Source of the DNA: Marsupella aquatica
Lineage: Eukaryota > Plantae > Marchantiophyta
NCBI GenBank assembly: GCA_973895155.1
Contig: OZ316898.1
Span: forward strand, 9,886,286 to 9,950,285
Length of the DNA stretch: 64,000 nt
Reading direction: 5' to 3'
Below the pieces are notes generated by a model. That model made no database searches. It was not told the DNA's origin and saw nothing but the letters and a program-made list of their open reading frames with translations. Position 1 is the first letter of the stretch. Each line of letters starts with the position of its first letter. Made by a program: the position numbers and the translations under genes. Shown here piece after piece: positions 37,512 to 51,091 of the stretch.

Positions 37512-38996
37512 CGAAGAGTAAGACTCGATGAAACCACAGTCAACTACTTCATGAAATGGGGAGTATTAACTGAGCAAAAGTCTTGAGAGCCAGCACCTCC
37601 ATCCGGAGCTCCATCATCCTAATCGAGTCCTCGTCCCGGTCCTCATTCATTCACAGGACCAACTATTGTGACCAGGATCAGTGCATAGATGATCACTATC
37701 CAAGCCTCAAATCACCGCTGCCACTATATTTCAAGGGGAAGCGTCAAGTCCTTGTAAATCAATTGGAAAAGTGACATGATGCCTCCCCTGTCCCCGTCCT
37801 GAACATGAATAAACAGGGGACACTTGTAATTCCAAAGCAAGAACAAGTAATGCAAGAGGATTACTTGTCAAACAGGGAAAAAATCATCAAATAAAGAAGA
37901 AGGTACAAAGCAATATTGCAATGAGCTTTACAACATGATTGAGGTCGGCAATACAAATTGAAGGACAAAGCCAACTCTTACTGCATTCCAAGGGGTACAC
38001 TTTTCTCCCACAATTTCAGGACAACATTCTGATTTCATGCAAGCCAGTACACACTACAGTTGAAAGGAATTTTGTTACCTAGAAAAAAAAAGGAATATAT
38101 AGCGATTGAAGTCATTCCAAAACAATGCATGCCTCCGCTGTTGCAAAAGCATAATTTTGGTTTTGAATTGAGCTGTTATAAACACAAACTTTTTGGTTTC
38201 CTGAGTTTAACAGTTTGATCATTTGAACATGCACTTCAGGTTGACTTAGTGAAGCCCAGATTTCGCCCATGCTGATGTCTATTGTTTGTTAGAGTAGTTT
38301 TTGTCTGTGTGGTTGTTAAAGTGTATCTAGTGATAGTTGAAATATCCTATGTTAATAGTGCATAGGATCACTTTAGTACACAGTTCAGGGTTGAAATTAG
38401 TGAAAGCCTGTCAAAAATGTACCTGGATTCGTTAGTGTGATGCCTTTTGGATGTTTCAGGTGTGGTCCCTCAATAGTTTGGAGTATCTACTGTACAGTCT
38501 GGGCACTTTCTTCAATCCTAACAGCAACATATTTCTTACTTAATTCTATGCCCGACTGTACATAAGGTATGGTCCACCTAACTACTATAGTGGATTATAG
38601 GATTGCAAAATAAATTATTAAAGCTCTTGTAACTAGATTTTTCAAAGTGCATAGAGAAAAGACACTTTGTTGGTAAGCACTCCTTATTGTCCCTGTATCA
38701 TATAATCCTAAAACCTAACCTTCTAAGATTCTATTTTTTATTCTTAAATCCGTTGAACAAGACTTTTTGTGTTGATTTTTCTGTATTTTAAGGAAGATAA
38801 TGTAGGACTTGGGAGCTCTTGACCAAAGACTATCTTAAGTTGTTTAATTCTTATTTGACATGGGCCTTTGATGAAACTAACCACTTTTGGTAGTCAAGTG
38901 GTCCCTTCCTCCCTTCTCAACATGCAATGAGCTATGGTCTCTATGTTTGTCTTGTCTCTAATTTTGCTTGATAGTTGATTCCTTTGTACTTGTATA

Positions 38997-41704
38997 TGTA
39001 GAGGTTAAATCAGTCTTGGGTTGAACTATGGTTAGTATGTTAACTAGGGTTTACTCTAACCCTAGTTGAAGAGATTGTCCTTATCTCTTCAACTTCTATG
39101 TGGTGTGAGAACACACAAGAGAGTTCTCAAGAGAGAACACAGGGATATAGCAAGGAGATGAGAGCTTGAAGAGATGAGAGCTATGGCAATGCTTGAGTAG
39201 ACACATAACCGTTAATAAAACTTTGTCTTCCCGTGGACGTAGTCAACCTTGAGGCGAACCACGTAACTATTGAGTGTACGTGTATGTTTGGAGATGGGAA
39301 GCACTAGCTTCTTGGATTTCCAAAATGCTTCAAAGTTTGGAAATCTTGGAAACTTTGGAGATGGAAAGCACTTCAAACTTATGGGCAATGAAGTAAATCC
39401 AAACAAACCTTGAGTAATCATCGATAAACGATACATAGTATTGGTTGCCTGAATGTGAGGAAACCGGAACAGGCACCCACACATCAGAATGAATATACTC
39501 AAGTACAGTTTTAGAATGATGAATGGCAATCGGAAATGGAGATCCATCCTCATTTCAAGAGGTCCTAGCTTCTATGGAGAAGCAACAGTGGCAGGCGGCG
39601 ATGTGCATGGAAATGAAATCACTTCATGATAACAAGACTTGGGAACTCACAAGTCTACCTAGTGACAAGCAGGTTGTTGACAGCAAGTGGGTGTATAGGA
39701 AGAAAGATGGACCCACGGAGGAATTTAAGGACACGATGCTGAGAAGATATTTAAGGCTTAGTTGGTAGCCAAGGGGTTTACTCAACAGAAAGGTATAGAC
39801 TACATGAGGCTTTTTCATCTGTAGCAAAGTGTTCAACAATATGTTTGCTATGCGCTCTTGTAGTTTATTTGATCTGGTTTTAGATCAAATGGATGTTGTC
39901 ACAATATTCTTATATGGATCGTTGGATGAGGTGATTTATATGAGGCAACCAGAGGGTTTTGTGCAAAAGGGCAAGAAAAATTTGGTATGCAGATTGCTAA
40001 AATCCTTGTATGGATTAAAACAGAGCCCAAGACAGTGGAACAAGCATTTTGATGAATTTTTGAAATCGCTTGGATTTATGCAAAGCGTGTACGATCCATG
40101 TGTTTACATCATCGATTTGTGCAAAGCGTGTACGATCCATGTGTTTACATCAGGCGTGTGAACAGCACAGGTTTTAAGTTTATCATCCTTGTATTCTATG
40201 TGGATGACATGCTCATTACAGCAAAGGATAGGGGCGAAGTTGATAAGCTTAAGGCCCAACTCAATTTTGAGTTCAAGATGAAGGACTTGGGCACAGCCAC
40301 GAGGATCCTAGGCATGGAGATTGTTAGGGATGTGAACAAAGCCAAACTTTGGCTGACGTAGAAAAGATATGCAGAAAAGGTGCTCTCAAAATTCAACATG
40401 GCAGATGCTAAGGTTGTGAGTGTTCTTTTGGCAAGGCATTTTAATATTTCTCCAGCATTTTATCCATCGGATGCAACAGAAAAAAGTTTGATGTCCAAAG
40501 TTCCTTATGAAAGTGTTGTGGGTAGTTTAATGTATCTCATGGTATGCACCCGACCAGACATAGTTTATGCCGTTAGCAAGGTAAGCAGATACATGGCAAA
40601 TTAATCTAGGAAAAGTTCATTGTTAAGCAGTGAAGTGGATTTTGCGCTACATCAGAGGTTCCACTAAGAAGGGTTTATTGTTTGGTGCAAGTTTAAACAA
40701 TATAAAATTAAGTGCTTCAAGGTTAGGTGGATGCAGACTACGCAGGTGATCTGGATAAGAGAAGATCAACAACTGGATATGTATTTACACTTGCTAGTAG
40801 ATGCATTAGTTGGAAGTCTACCCTCCAAAAGTGTGTTGCAAAGTCTACTATGGATGTCGAGTATATAGCGACAGCAGAAGCAGCATTAGAGACCATTTGA
40901 TTGAAAAGGTTTGTCACAGAGATGGGCTTATCACAAAATTGTGTGTATCTTCATTGTGACAGTCAAAGTGCAATTTACACTACCAAGAATTAGGTGACGG
41001 ATGGCAGGGTAAAGCACATTGATGTCCGCTATCATTTCGTCCAACATACATTATTGGATGATGAATTTGAGCTTGTCAAGATTGATGGAAAGCTTAATCC
41101 AGCGGATGCTTTTACCAAAGTATTAGACTCCAATAGTTTTTCAAGGCATTGTCATTATTTACAAATATTGTAAATATAGAGTTAACCAAGAAAATGTCTC
41201 TATATGAGTACTCCATCTGATGACTTATCGACTGCGGCTTAGTTCTAGTTAACCTTTGCATTAGGGGGAGGGTCTTTTGGCCCTACTGTCTTGAACTTCC
41301 CGCATAGGAACTTGTAAGGAAAAGACAATATTATGAACCCTCCCAAGACATGAGTTAAGGGGGAGTTTGTAGAGGTTAACTTAGTCTTGAGTTGAACTAT
41401 GGTTAATATATTAACTAGGGTTTACTCTCACTTTAGTTGAAGAGATTGGTCCTTATCTCTTCAACTTCTATGTGGTGTGAGAACACACAAGAGAGTTCTC
41501 AAGAGAGAACACAGGGATATATCAAGGAGATGAGAGCTTGAAGAGATGAGAGCTATGGTGATGCTTGAGTGGACACATAACCATTAATAAAGCTTTGTCT
41601 TCCCATGGACATAGTCAACCTTGAGGCGAACCACGTACCGGACCACGTAACTATTGAGCACGTGTTTGTTTGGAGTGTTTTTCCTGACCTAATTTCTCCC
41701 CACA
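38997..41704 (+). mobile_element. Ty1/copia LTR retrotransposon, internally deleted
   Basis: 5' LTR 38997-~39292 (truncated) and 3' LTR 41368-41704 (TG..CA) are highly similar. TSD GTATA (38992-38996; 41705-41709) and PPT AAGGGGGAG. Decayed RT (WQAAM..EM.SL..NKTWEL, QMDV.T.FLYG, LLKSLYGLKQSPRQW, YVDDMLI) and RNase H ([25 protein letters not shown]). Confidence 0.95.
39520..41172 (+). pseudogene. Copia reverse transcriptase-RNase H remnant
   Basis: Successive ORF fragments 39523-40604 plus RNase H motifs to ~41170. Multiple stops and frameshifts, including a 41-bp tandem duplication at ~40074-40152. Confidence 0.9.
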
Positions 41705-43152
41705 GTATATATGGCCTCCAAAGTAAGGCAAGGATCGCATTTGGTTCCTGCCAGACTATGGATTCATTTAAGTGTTGCTTGTAGCTAGTCTAGATTGTAG
41801 AATGCTTTGACTGAGAATATTTCATTGCTCTACAACTGATCCGAATGCAACACAGTTGCTGCTGCTGCTTTGTAGTAACACAAAATTTGAGACTTTTAAT
41901 TTAAGAAAATAACCATTTTGATAACATTCAAACAAAGAGGCTATTGTGACATACAACAAACACTAGATAGAGAGGGCAGAAGCCCTAGAGCTCCAACTAC
42001 AACATGGTTGATGGTATAGAATGTTCGAGAATCTGACTACACACTATCAAGAAACCAGAACAGTGCCCAACAACTTCAAACAATTTTTAGATTGCAAGAG
42101 AGATATCAAAATTGTCAGGCACAATGTGCAATGCTTATACAAAATCCTGCATGAGAAACCCACGCAAGGTTCAAGGCAATACCTACTAGCTCCCATGTTT
42201 TCTCCATCTCGCAGCCCTTCCCTCCATGGTCGCAAATGGAATTACACTTCCTTGCACCCCTACAGCCTTTAACTAATTGGCTCTCAAATTGTAGAGAGCT
42301 ATCAAAATTCAGATCTGGACAATAATTGCACTTGGAAAATGTGAAAGAAATATGATACCAACCTGCAAGTTTGATTGAAGTAGAATGTGCTCTCTTTGTT
42401 CATAAGTTATAAAGTGAAGAAGTGCCAGTGGTGTGCAACAAGAAAAATGGTTGGCACTTGTAGCGCACCTAAAAAACTTCAGTGGAGCTCCTTCAAATCA
42501 TCCACTCAAGCCCTTATGGGACACCGGGCAGGAGTATATGCAAACTGATCACACTTACAGGTGAATATGGTAGCATACGGATGATTCTATGGAGCTTATG
42601 AACTCCAAATAAAATGGATTCACATCAACAATTGAAATGCATAGACACTCTACTGAATGACAACCTCATGAACTCCAACTGCTGAATCGCCACAACACAA
42701 ACCCTTGATGTTCCCGTTTTGAAAAAGCACCCCTGCCACTTGCAAATCTTGGAGTAGATTGCGCTTGCCACACACAAATCAGAGCACAAATCTGGCCAGG
42801 GCACAAAATGCTGCCACTTGCAAACACTCACATACACCCCAGAAAAATGGCAGCACCCCAAAATTAACAGAAAATTTGTCTGCAATGTGAACACTTGAAT
42901 CTTGACAGGCGGCCCGCAAACACAAAGAAACCCCAATGGAGCAGCAAACTGAGGGTTTAGGGCAGGTCGGGGGCAGGTCAATATGAAACCCTTGATAAAC
43001 CCTAACGCAAATCATTGACAGTCACAGAAGATTCATTGCAGGATCAGGATAGCTGGAAGTACATTTATCTATATAAATATTTTTCCTGGTTAATGGCTGC
43101 AAACCAAGCTACTACTATGGAGTAAGTGGCAGATCAGCTGAATGTGGAGGCA

Positions 43153-43452
43153 AAGGTTGAGCACTTTGTCAAACTTTTAGGTCCATGGAGGATTAGTGTT
43201 TACAAAGAAAATTGCTATTACAAATATAGGTTGAGCAATTTGTCAAACCTCTAGGTCCATGGGGGACTGTGTTTGCAAAGAAAGGTTGAACAATTTGTTA
43301 ACTGTCTGGGTTCATGGGGGATTTTTGTTCACAAGGACAATTGTTATTACAAACAAAGGTTATAGCACTTTGCCAACATTGGGTTTCAGTTTCAACATTT
43401 GGCGTTACTATTACATACAAACTAAGGCTGAACAATTTGTTTAACCACTAGA
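43153..43452. repeat. degenerate tandem array (~55-75-bp unit, ~5 copies)
   Basis: AGGTTGA(G/A)CA(C/A)TTTGT..AAC...(T)AGGTCCATGG repeated. The last unit continues at 44308 after an insertion. Confidence 0.7.
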
Positions 43453-44307
43453 TGTTGAGCATAGATAACATTCACAACAGTAAGCGTATGACACATCGAA
43501 CGCACAAGGGATCGACATAAGTAATACGAGGTTCACCTCCTCGAGGTTATGTCCATGGAACATACAAGAGAGTTTTACTTAACTCTAAGCTCATCGGTCA
43601 TACCAAGTATCCATAGTGTAAACTTTCATTATCTCTTTTGTCACAATGAGTCTTGGTTTCACTTATCCAAATAAATATCATTTAGATTATAATGTACAAT
43701 TTAGTTATTTTAATCACATCTTCAACTACAATTAATCTAATTATAGTTATATATGGTAACCTTGGACTTAAAAGTAAATAGTGAATGACAGGCTAGAACA
43801 AACATCAAAAGGCCAACAACCACGGTGGCCAGAACAAACACAATCAAAAGGCCAACAACCACGCGGGGATCAAACACTTTCAATCCCCAGGGAAAAGGAA
43901 AAGAGATTCAAGTCGTGTGGAAAAGTAAATGAATCACAAATCAAAGAGGAAACACTAAGCAACGACCGCAATTAAGAGGGCACACTCTACCACAACCCTG
44001 CTGGTAATCATACATCAAAATGTGACTGTCTTCATGGAAAGAAAGAAAAAAACTAGGTTATCACAATATACAGAGATGTTGTACATAGTACATGTCAAAC
44101 TAGGGTTATCATAGTATACAAAGGTGTTGTACATAGTACATGTCATATTTTGATGTGCAGTTATCACAAGAACGAGAAAAGGACCAGCATAACTGGGCAC
44201 CGAACATCTGTTCAAAGACAAACATCCAGCGAAAGGATAAAGTATTTGCACCGACAAAATCATTACATGGAACTTAGCAAAACAAATCACCTTGGATGAT
44301 TGAAACA
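43453..44307 (-). mobile_element. probable solo LTR (Copia-like)
   Basis: TGTT...AACA ends; flanks CTAGA/TTAGG are both one change from CTAGG of the interrupted repeat unit. Contains TACGAGGTTCACCTC..TATGTCCATGGAA, similar to the reverse complement of the U5 motif in the 39-41 kb Copia LTRs. Confidence 0.6.
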
Positions 44308-47300
44308 TTAGGTCCATGGGGATTGGAGTTTTAAACTGCGCGAACCGAGATGGTAGTACGGTAGAGGCAGCGTCGGGCAGGCTGCCCACTCACGAACGGC
44401 GGTCAAGTGAGGCGCAGAGGTGGGCAACGGGACTCGTGCCTCTAGTTGCCCGAGCGGGGACACCGGGCAGGTCAGAGCCGTCACGACCAGCCAGAGCACA
44501 TCGAGGCAAAGCAGGGCAGGGCTGGGTTAGGGCGGGTTGAAACGGGCAGGCCCTCTAAAGTGAACGGGAGGCCCGAAGGATCGCCGTGAGCCGGGTCGGG
44601 CAGGCAGGGACGTCCTTGCAAAACTTTGTACCGACTACCGACGGACCACTATTTGGGCCGGGCTGGGCAGGACCTGGACAGTTGCAGATCTGGGCAGTAC
44701 TCCCGGTCCACGATTGAGTCCACCTTATTATTACTACCTTAGAATCCACTACAGTAATACTGTACCCATACACGTGCTTCCCCAATCTGCCGCCCCTGGT
44801 TCGTGTCTGGAGCTCGAACGACCAAATCTGTGTTGCGTCACTGTCAGTATCATTCATAGAGTATCGGAGTGCAATACATAAATAAATATTAAAAGTTTAG
44901 GTTTAGAATGAAAAATATTTTATGGTCATTGTGAAACCTAGAATTCCCCTGTTCGTCTAACACGGATGGGAGTGCTATCTCGGTTAGCGCAAAATCTTTA
45001 TAATTATTAAAATTGTGGGCTTCACTAGAAAACTATTTTGGGATCCTAGTGAAACCTAGAAATATTTGTCACTTGAATTTTGAGACCAAGCATGTTGTAA
45101 ACATGGACTTTTCAGTGCATGCATTATCTGTAAAAGCATTAACTATTCTGTATGTATGTGTACAGGAGAATAATGTACTGGCCTTGAGTTATTTTTCAAA
45201 AGGAAAAATAGTTAATGGTTTGTGCAGGAACCAGAATGGCAGTTCTCATAAAGGTAGTCTTTTATGAGAACCTAACTTTTATTCCTGGGCAAGTAGCCCT
45301 TTGCCCTCCCTCCCTCGATGATGTATATACATGGTGCGCATACTAAGGGAATGTGGGCTTAGACTAAAGCAAATTCAATCACATTCACAAGGAACATCTT
45401 AGGATCTGAGCAGAGCCCATGACTCAACAAAATATTTTCTAAGAGCATCTCCATGGATATGGTATGTATGTGGCTGTCTCCTACCTATTCTAGACCTAAA
45501 ATGGTCTCTTGGTGATGGATTGGCTTGCTAGGATTCTTCACTCCTTCCTTGTCTTTGTTCCTTTTGTTTGTACTTAGATGGGCACCATTCTGAACTCCGC
45601 AAAATGAAGTGATTGCATTTAATTGGGAGGCTTCAGTCTACACAATAGGCCCTTAAGAGTATATTTGGATCCCTTATATTTGACAGTCTTCACTAGACAG
45701 TACACTTGTATTTGAGAGTCTTCACTCTAGACACTGGGCCCAGGCCCAGAAGGGTAGATTTTAGATTACACTTATATCTAAAAGGTCTATCAAGGTCAAT
45801 CAAAGGTCTGGATCAAGGTCAATCAAAGGTCTGGATCAGTCATGGGTCCTATCAGGTTACACTTTTCATTTTGGGGTCCCATCAAATAAAAACCTCCAAG
45901 TCTGGGCTCGTAAAATAAAGTGATTTGCATTTGCAAGAATCGCCCTTCGAAGATTCACGGCTGCATTTGGGTGGTACGAGACTGCAGTAGTGCAAATGTG
46001 ACAGCTTCACTTCATGACCAACTCACCACCAACATGTCGCAGCACTCACTTCATAATCGTGGCCAAGACAATATAGCATGGATCTTCCTCGTCGTCCTCT
46101 AGACTAAGAGCCAAGTCTGAATCTACACACACACTCATACACACACGAAGTAATGAGTGACGAGTGATGAGTTGACGAAGTGAGGGATATTCGCAATCTG
46201 TGGTGAGCAGTTCACTGGAAACTGGAAAGGTCGACTGGTCGAGCAAGCCTGGACGAAAACGGTCGATTCTTGAGACTGTTCACAGAAAGAGGAGTTGACA
46301 AAGTGAGCAGTGCTGTTGCTAGGTTTGCACAACTGCACTTAACGCGCTGAGGTTTCTTGTTCTCACTTGACAGTCTGGTAGGACGTGGGAAACCTCCACA
46401 ATTTCAATATCAAGCGAGCTCCAGTTCCGAGCAGAAGCGAAGTTTCTCTTGATGATCTTGTCAAACCCCACCCGGCCGTTTGAAAGAGTCTTGGGGAGGA
46501 GTGGGTCCCAGGCCTCTCATTTCAACAGTCTTCAAGCTGGCGCTCATGTCCTACTGTAGCTCTCTCGCGTGAAAGCAAGATTTGCTTATAAGAAGTGTCA
46601 GGGAGACTGGAACAGAAATTTCCCACTGCGGTTTTGAAAGCCAGGTTCTCAAACTGATGAGAAAGAATGAAGACAAGTGTTTTTAAATGCTCTGGAAGAA
46701 ACAGTGGGGCTTTTCCTGTAGTCCACTTGTCGTCTTGTTGGCTCAAAGCTCACATAGCAGACTCACACGTAATGTTTAAGGATGGAGTTCTCCACAATGC
46801 TTTCAAACGAGCGTTACACTATGACTCGGGAAAAAAGGGGGATAGGGGGCTTGTAGAGACTACGAGTCGTATTGGCAGCTCAATGCTCACATAGTAGATT
46901 CTTACACACAACATAATAGGATGAAGTTACACAACAACGCGTTCTTAAGAGCGTTACATGCTCTGGAGCAAAACTGGAGAGGCTGGTGCGTCAGCAATTG
47001 TGTCAATGCCGTCCTGAAGGGATGCGTGGGACATGAGCAGTGTTTCATGGAGCGAGATTTTCCCGTGATGGCATGAAGTATAAACTTTTCACGGTCTACG
47101 ATATTTAATTTCCCTGTGGGAGGTCATGGTCATTAACATGCACATGGCACAATCCTGTTGTTCGGAAGGGGAAGAAGCGAGCAGGTCAGGCTTTCATGAT
47201 TGGACTACGACTGTATAGGAAAAGGGTGCAAGGGAGGCTTCCTCGGTGATGAAATGATAGTTTGGAACATTCAAACCTCCATCGGGTGAAAAGAAACGAA

Positions 47301-47357
47301 AGAAAGCGACGGCCGGGACTACTACCCACCGCGTGGGCTCCAGTCGGTTGCAGCGTT

Positions 47358-47488
47358 CCCATCAATTATTTGGAGCTCGAGAGGACGCGTTTACTCGACA
47401 AAGGTCCACTTTAAGAAAACAAACTTTAGCGCCCAATCAATTATTTCGAGCTCGAGATGACACGTATACTCGACAAGGGTCGACTTCA
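47358..47488. repeat. ~75-bp period tandem duplication
   Basis: ATCAATTATTT(G/C)GAGCTCGAGA.GAC.CGT.TACTCGACAA.GGTC.ACTT x2. Confidence 0.8.
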
Positions 47489-48425
47489 AGAATACGCCCT
47501 TTACCAACCCACCTCACTCACGTAGGCCCCTTGAAATTCACACGTTTAAATTGGTTTCGACTGCCACTGGGCCCAGAGGTTATTTGGGAACTTCCAAGGA
47601 AGATGGGCACATTCTCCACTGAATTTAGAATCTGTGCCTGAGATTCATCTCCAAAAGTCAAACAGTTACACAAAGGGGGGGCCACCGAAACTCAACAGCG
47701 TGAGCATTGTTAGTAAATTGAAGTAGTTTGAAGGGGTCCGGCACGGAATTCACAAGCGGAAAACCACATTCTCTCAGCCAGGATCTTGACTCGAGATCCC
47801 TTTTGAAAAGTCAGAACGTCATGCGGGGCCACCTACTAGAGAGAAAAAACGTCACGGGAATATCTCTCCATTAAATACTATTCAGTAAATGATAATAGAG
47901 GTATGTTTCCCATAACAATATTCAAGATTTTCTCTTTTGGAGTGTAGAGATAAATTCGAATGAACAAGCTTCCCCAAAGAAAAAGCCTGTGATCATCTTA
48001 TTATTGCGCATGGGATTTTTGAATACGCAGTGAGCACACTGCTGTCACGTTTAAATCTAGAGCTGGAATTCAGCTTTTCTCTATTAGACCACAAAATTCA
48101 GAGGACTGAAATCCTAGTGGCTGAAGATCGAGGAGCGAAATGAGAATGTTGATCGGATCGAACTGCTAAAACTCTGCAAAAAGTACTATATTTGGTAGAT
48201 TAGAAACAAGCCTATGAATAGTATGCGAAGACGAACGCCCGCCCACAGATTCTGCTCAGCCACAGCAGCCAGGGTCCGCATGACGCAGAGACTCGTTTTC
48301 TCACAGCTCCACTAATGAGTTTAAAAGTGCAATTCATGCACCAATTGTGTCGCACTCTGCCAAATCAAGCCCTTATTTACAAATAACCTACACCAATTGC
48401 TCATGTCCTTTGCTGGATCTACCTT

Positions 48426-51091
48426 CTAAACGTCCTGTTTGATGACTTCCTTTGTATCAACATCGCTGAAGACCCGTCGTCGAAAATCCTCTACCATGAG
48501 AGGGAGACCATCCCTCAAAGATATCTTTGGTGCCCAGCCGAGAAATTCCTTTGCCTTGCTGATGTCAGGCTTGCGCATGTGAGGGTCATCCGCAGTGTTC
48601 TCCTTGAAGGAGATCTTAGCATTGGGGTCAATGACCTCTTTCACGACCTGCAGAAAAGAACATTTGTAACAACCATCGAAAGACGTGAGCGTGACTGCTC
48701 ATCAACATACCACCGACAGAAAGGCAAAGGAAGCACCCATCACAGAAAATATATGCAATCCAAGATCTAACAGAAGAGGTGCTTACGTCTGCAAGTTCCA
48801 GCATAGTGAATTCTCCAGGATTTCCAAGATTGAAGGGACCAATGTGGTCACCATCCATAAGCTTCATCAAACCTTCGACCTGCAGTTGCCAAAAAGAGTC
48901 AGATGATCTCTTTTCACGTCCAAGCAGAGTTGCAAAACTAAGTGGAACACGAGCCTCCTCTAACGTCTGAAGGAATACGAGGACATCGACAATTCTGACA
49001 CAAGAATTTCCACTGGCCTGAAATTACTTTCCCTATTCCAATAATAGGGATCACGATACAAGTTCAAATCAGTTCAGAAAGAGTAGTTGCCTACGGTATC
49101 CTTGGAAGACTTACCAAGTCGGACACATATTGGAAACTTCGTGTTTGTTTCCCGTCACCATAGACGGTCATAGGCTCCTTGCGAAGGGCCTGCAGCAGGG
49201 CGAGAAGTTGAGCCGAATGGATCCTATGTCAGAATACTGACGTGCCACGGGAAGCAGGCAACCCTACTACAAAGCGAACGAGAAAGGAGCATGCAGCCAC
49301 AAATGCACTTCACATAGCTTGAGAGGCAAATAATAAAAAAGTAAACGCAAATATGTTGCTCATGCCCTAGAAAAGCTTGTCCGTTGGGGAGCATTGTAGA
49401 TCAGAACCTGAGCTACGAAATTGCTGACGACACGGCCATCATCGACGCACATCCTAGGCCCATAGGTATTAAAGATCCGAGCAATGCGAACCTGCACCAC
49501 AATGATAAAATCTTCTTAAAATACTCAAGTTATCGTTAGACCCAGAGATCAGAAGAACGAATCACATTATCCGTCACAGCAATGCTTGATGTTTTGCTCT
49601 GACAGACAGAACCGGGTATGTCACTGCAAAACTCGACACCCACCTCCACATTGGCTCCCCTGTGGTAGTCCATCGTCAAAGTTTCTGCCACTCGTTTTCC
49701 CTCATCGTAACAACTCCTCACACCTGGGCAAGACAGATCAAGTCAATCACCGCAATGTGCAATCTAAATGCTAAAATAACATGTAGTTAGTACACCTAGT
49801 GTAAAATCACACCAGCATCGATTCAATTACTAAACTGGAACATATAAGCGTTCATCATATTGAGTATGTGAAATTCGATAAGAAAGAGGGCACCCACCGA
49901 TTGGGTTCACATTCCCCCAGTATTCTTCCTTCTGAGGATGCTCCAGGGGATCTCCGTACACCTCGCTGGTGCTAGTGAGCAAGAATCTGGCTCCCACTCG
50001 CTTCGCAAGTCCCAGCATGTTGAGAGTTCCTACCACATTTGTCTTGTAGGGTCGGGAATTAAGGAAAAAGACATTCACAAAGCACAAATTCTGCATCAGA
50101 ATTGGATCCAACAAAAATGCAGCAGGAATAGAGACATCTGCCAGAGCTTCAGGGCTAGGAGATCAGCTTCTGGCCCGTTCATGACATAAAATCAAAATTA
50201 GGTACGACATATTTGGGACGAGTTCTTGAGGGAGGCCACCGCGATTCACAGTCAAGCCCCCCCTCGAACATGACATTGACCGAGTCTTGGTTAGAGCAGT
50301 GCACGCACGGAAAGAACAGAGCCCATGAGAGCCAACTTTCTGATCAAGGAGCTACCGTACTGACTGAAGACATCACCAAATGACACCTAAAAATCCGCAT
50401 TCACTGCTTTGTGGATCAAACCGACTAGAGCATTGATTGGAAGTAACACAGAAGAGGATATGATGGTCTTGACGGGGTTGAACTTGTAATGAACAGGGGA
50501 AGCCGGGCACGCTAAGTGGTAGATTTGATCCACTTCCAGGAGGATTGGCTCCACCACATCGTGCCGGATCAGCTCGAACCGGGGATCGCCAAAGTGCTTC
50601 TGCAGATTCTCCTTCCTGCCGGTGAAAAAGTTGTCGAGCACGATCACACTGTCTCCACGTTCCATGAGTCTGTCCACGAGATGGCTGCCCACAAAGCCGG
50701 CCCCTCCCGTCACAACAACCCTCAGGCGCTTCGTCGTCAGGCCGAGTGGAATCTTGCCACCAGCGCTGGTGATCGCGGGGTGGGGCAACGATGATTCCAA
50801 GCTCATCCGATGCCCGAAGGTTTCCATCAACCGGGTCTCCGTCGCCAGCGAGTTCTTGTCGAATGTCTGACGCGACCGCTCAGCGAACAGATTACCCGGC
50901 TGCAAAACGAACACTGCCGTTGCAATTGCCATCCCGACGAGGACGAACAGCAGGCGCTGCTCTTTCAGCATGTACTCCACCCCTCTCACATTTGCCCATG
51001 GCTTCTTGGGCTTTGCAGAATAGGTTTGGGCCAGCTGCGGCACCTCCCCCTCCTGACGCCGATGGTTCAAACTCATGTTGCCGCTCATCAT
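48426..51091 (-). CDS. UXS: UDP-glucuronic acid decarboxylase (UDP-xylose synthase), membrane-anchored type, 7 exons, 443 aa
   Basis: Exons 50462-51091, 49898-50045, 49644-49723, 49408-49491, 49115-49189, 48787-48879, 48426-48647. N-terminal TM ([14 protein letters not shown]), [63 protein letters not shown]. Confidence 0.97.
50046..50461 (-). other. U12-type (minor spliceosome) AT-AC intron, UXS intron 1
   Basis: 5' end ATATCCTC, branch site TTCCTTAAT (50066-50058) 12 nt before the 3' end, which is AC. Removal gives the conserved NPVKTI|KTNVVGT. Confidence 0.93.

Noticed and set aside
45920-47330. Coding-like GC content downstream of UXS
   Set aside because: Only short ORFs with no recognisable domain or consistent splice pattern.
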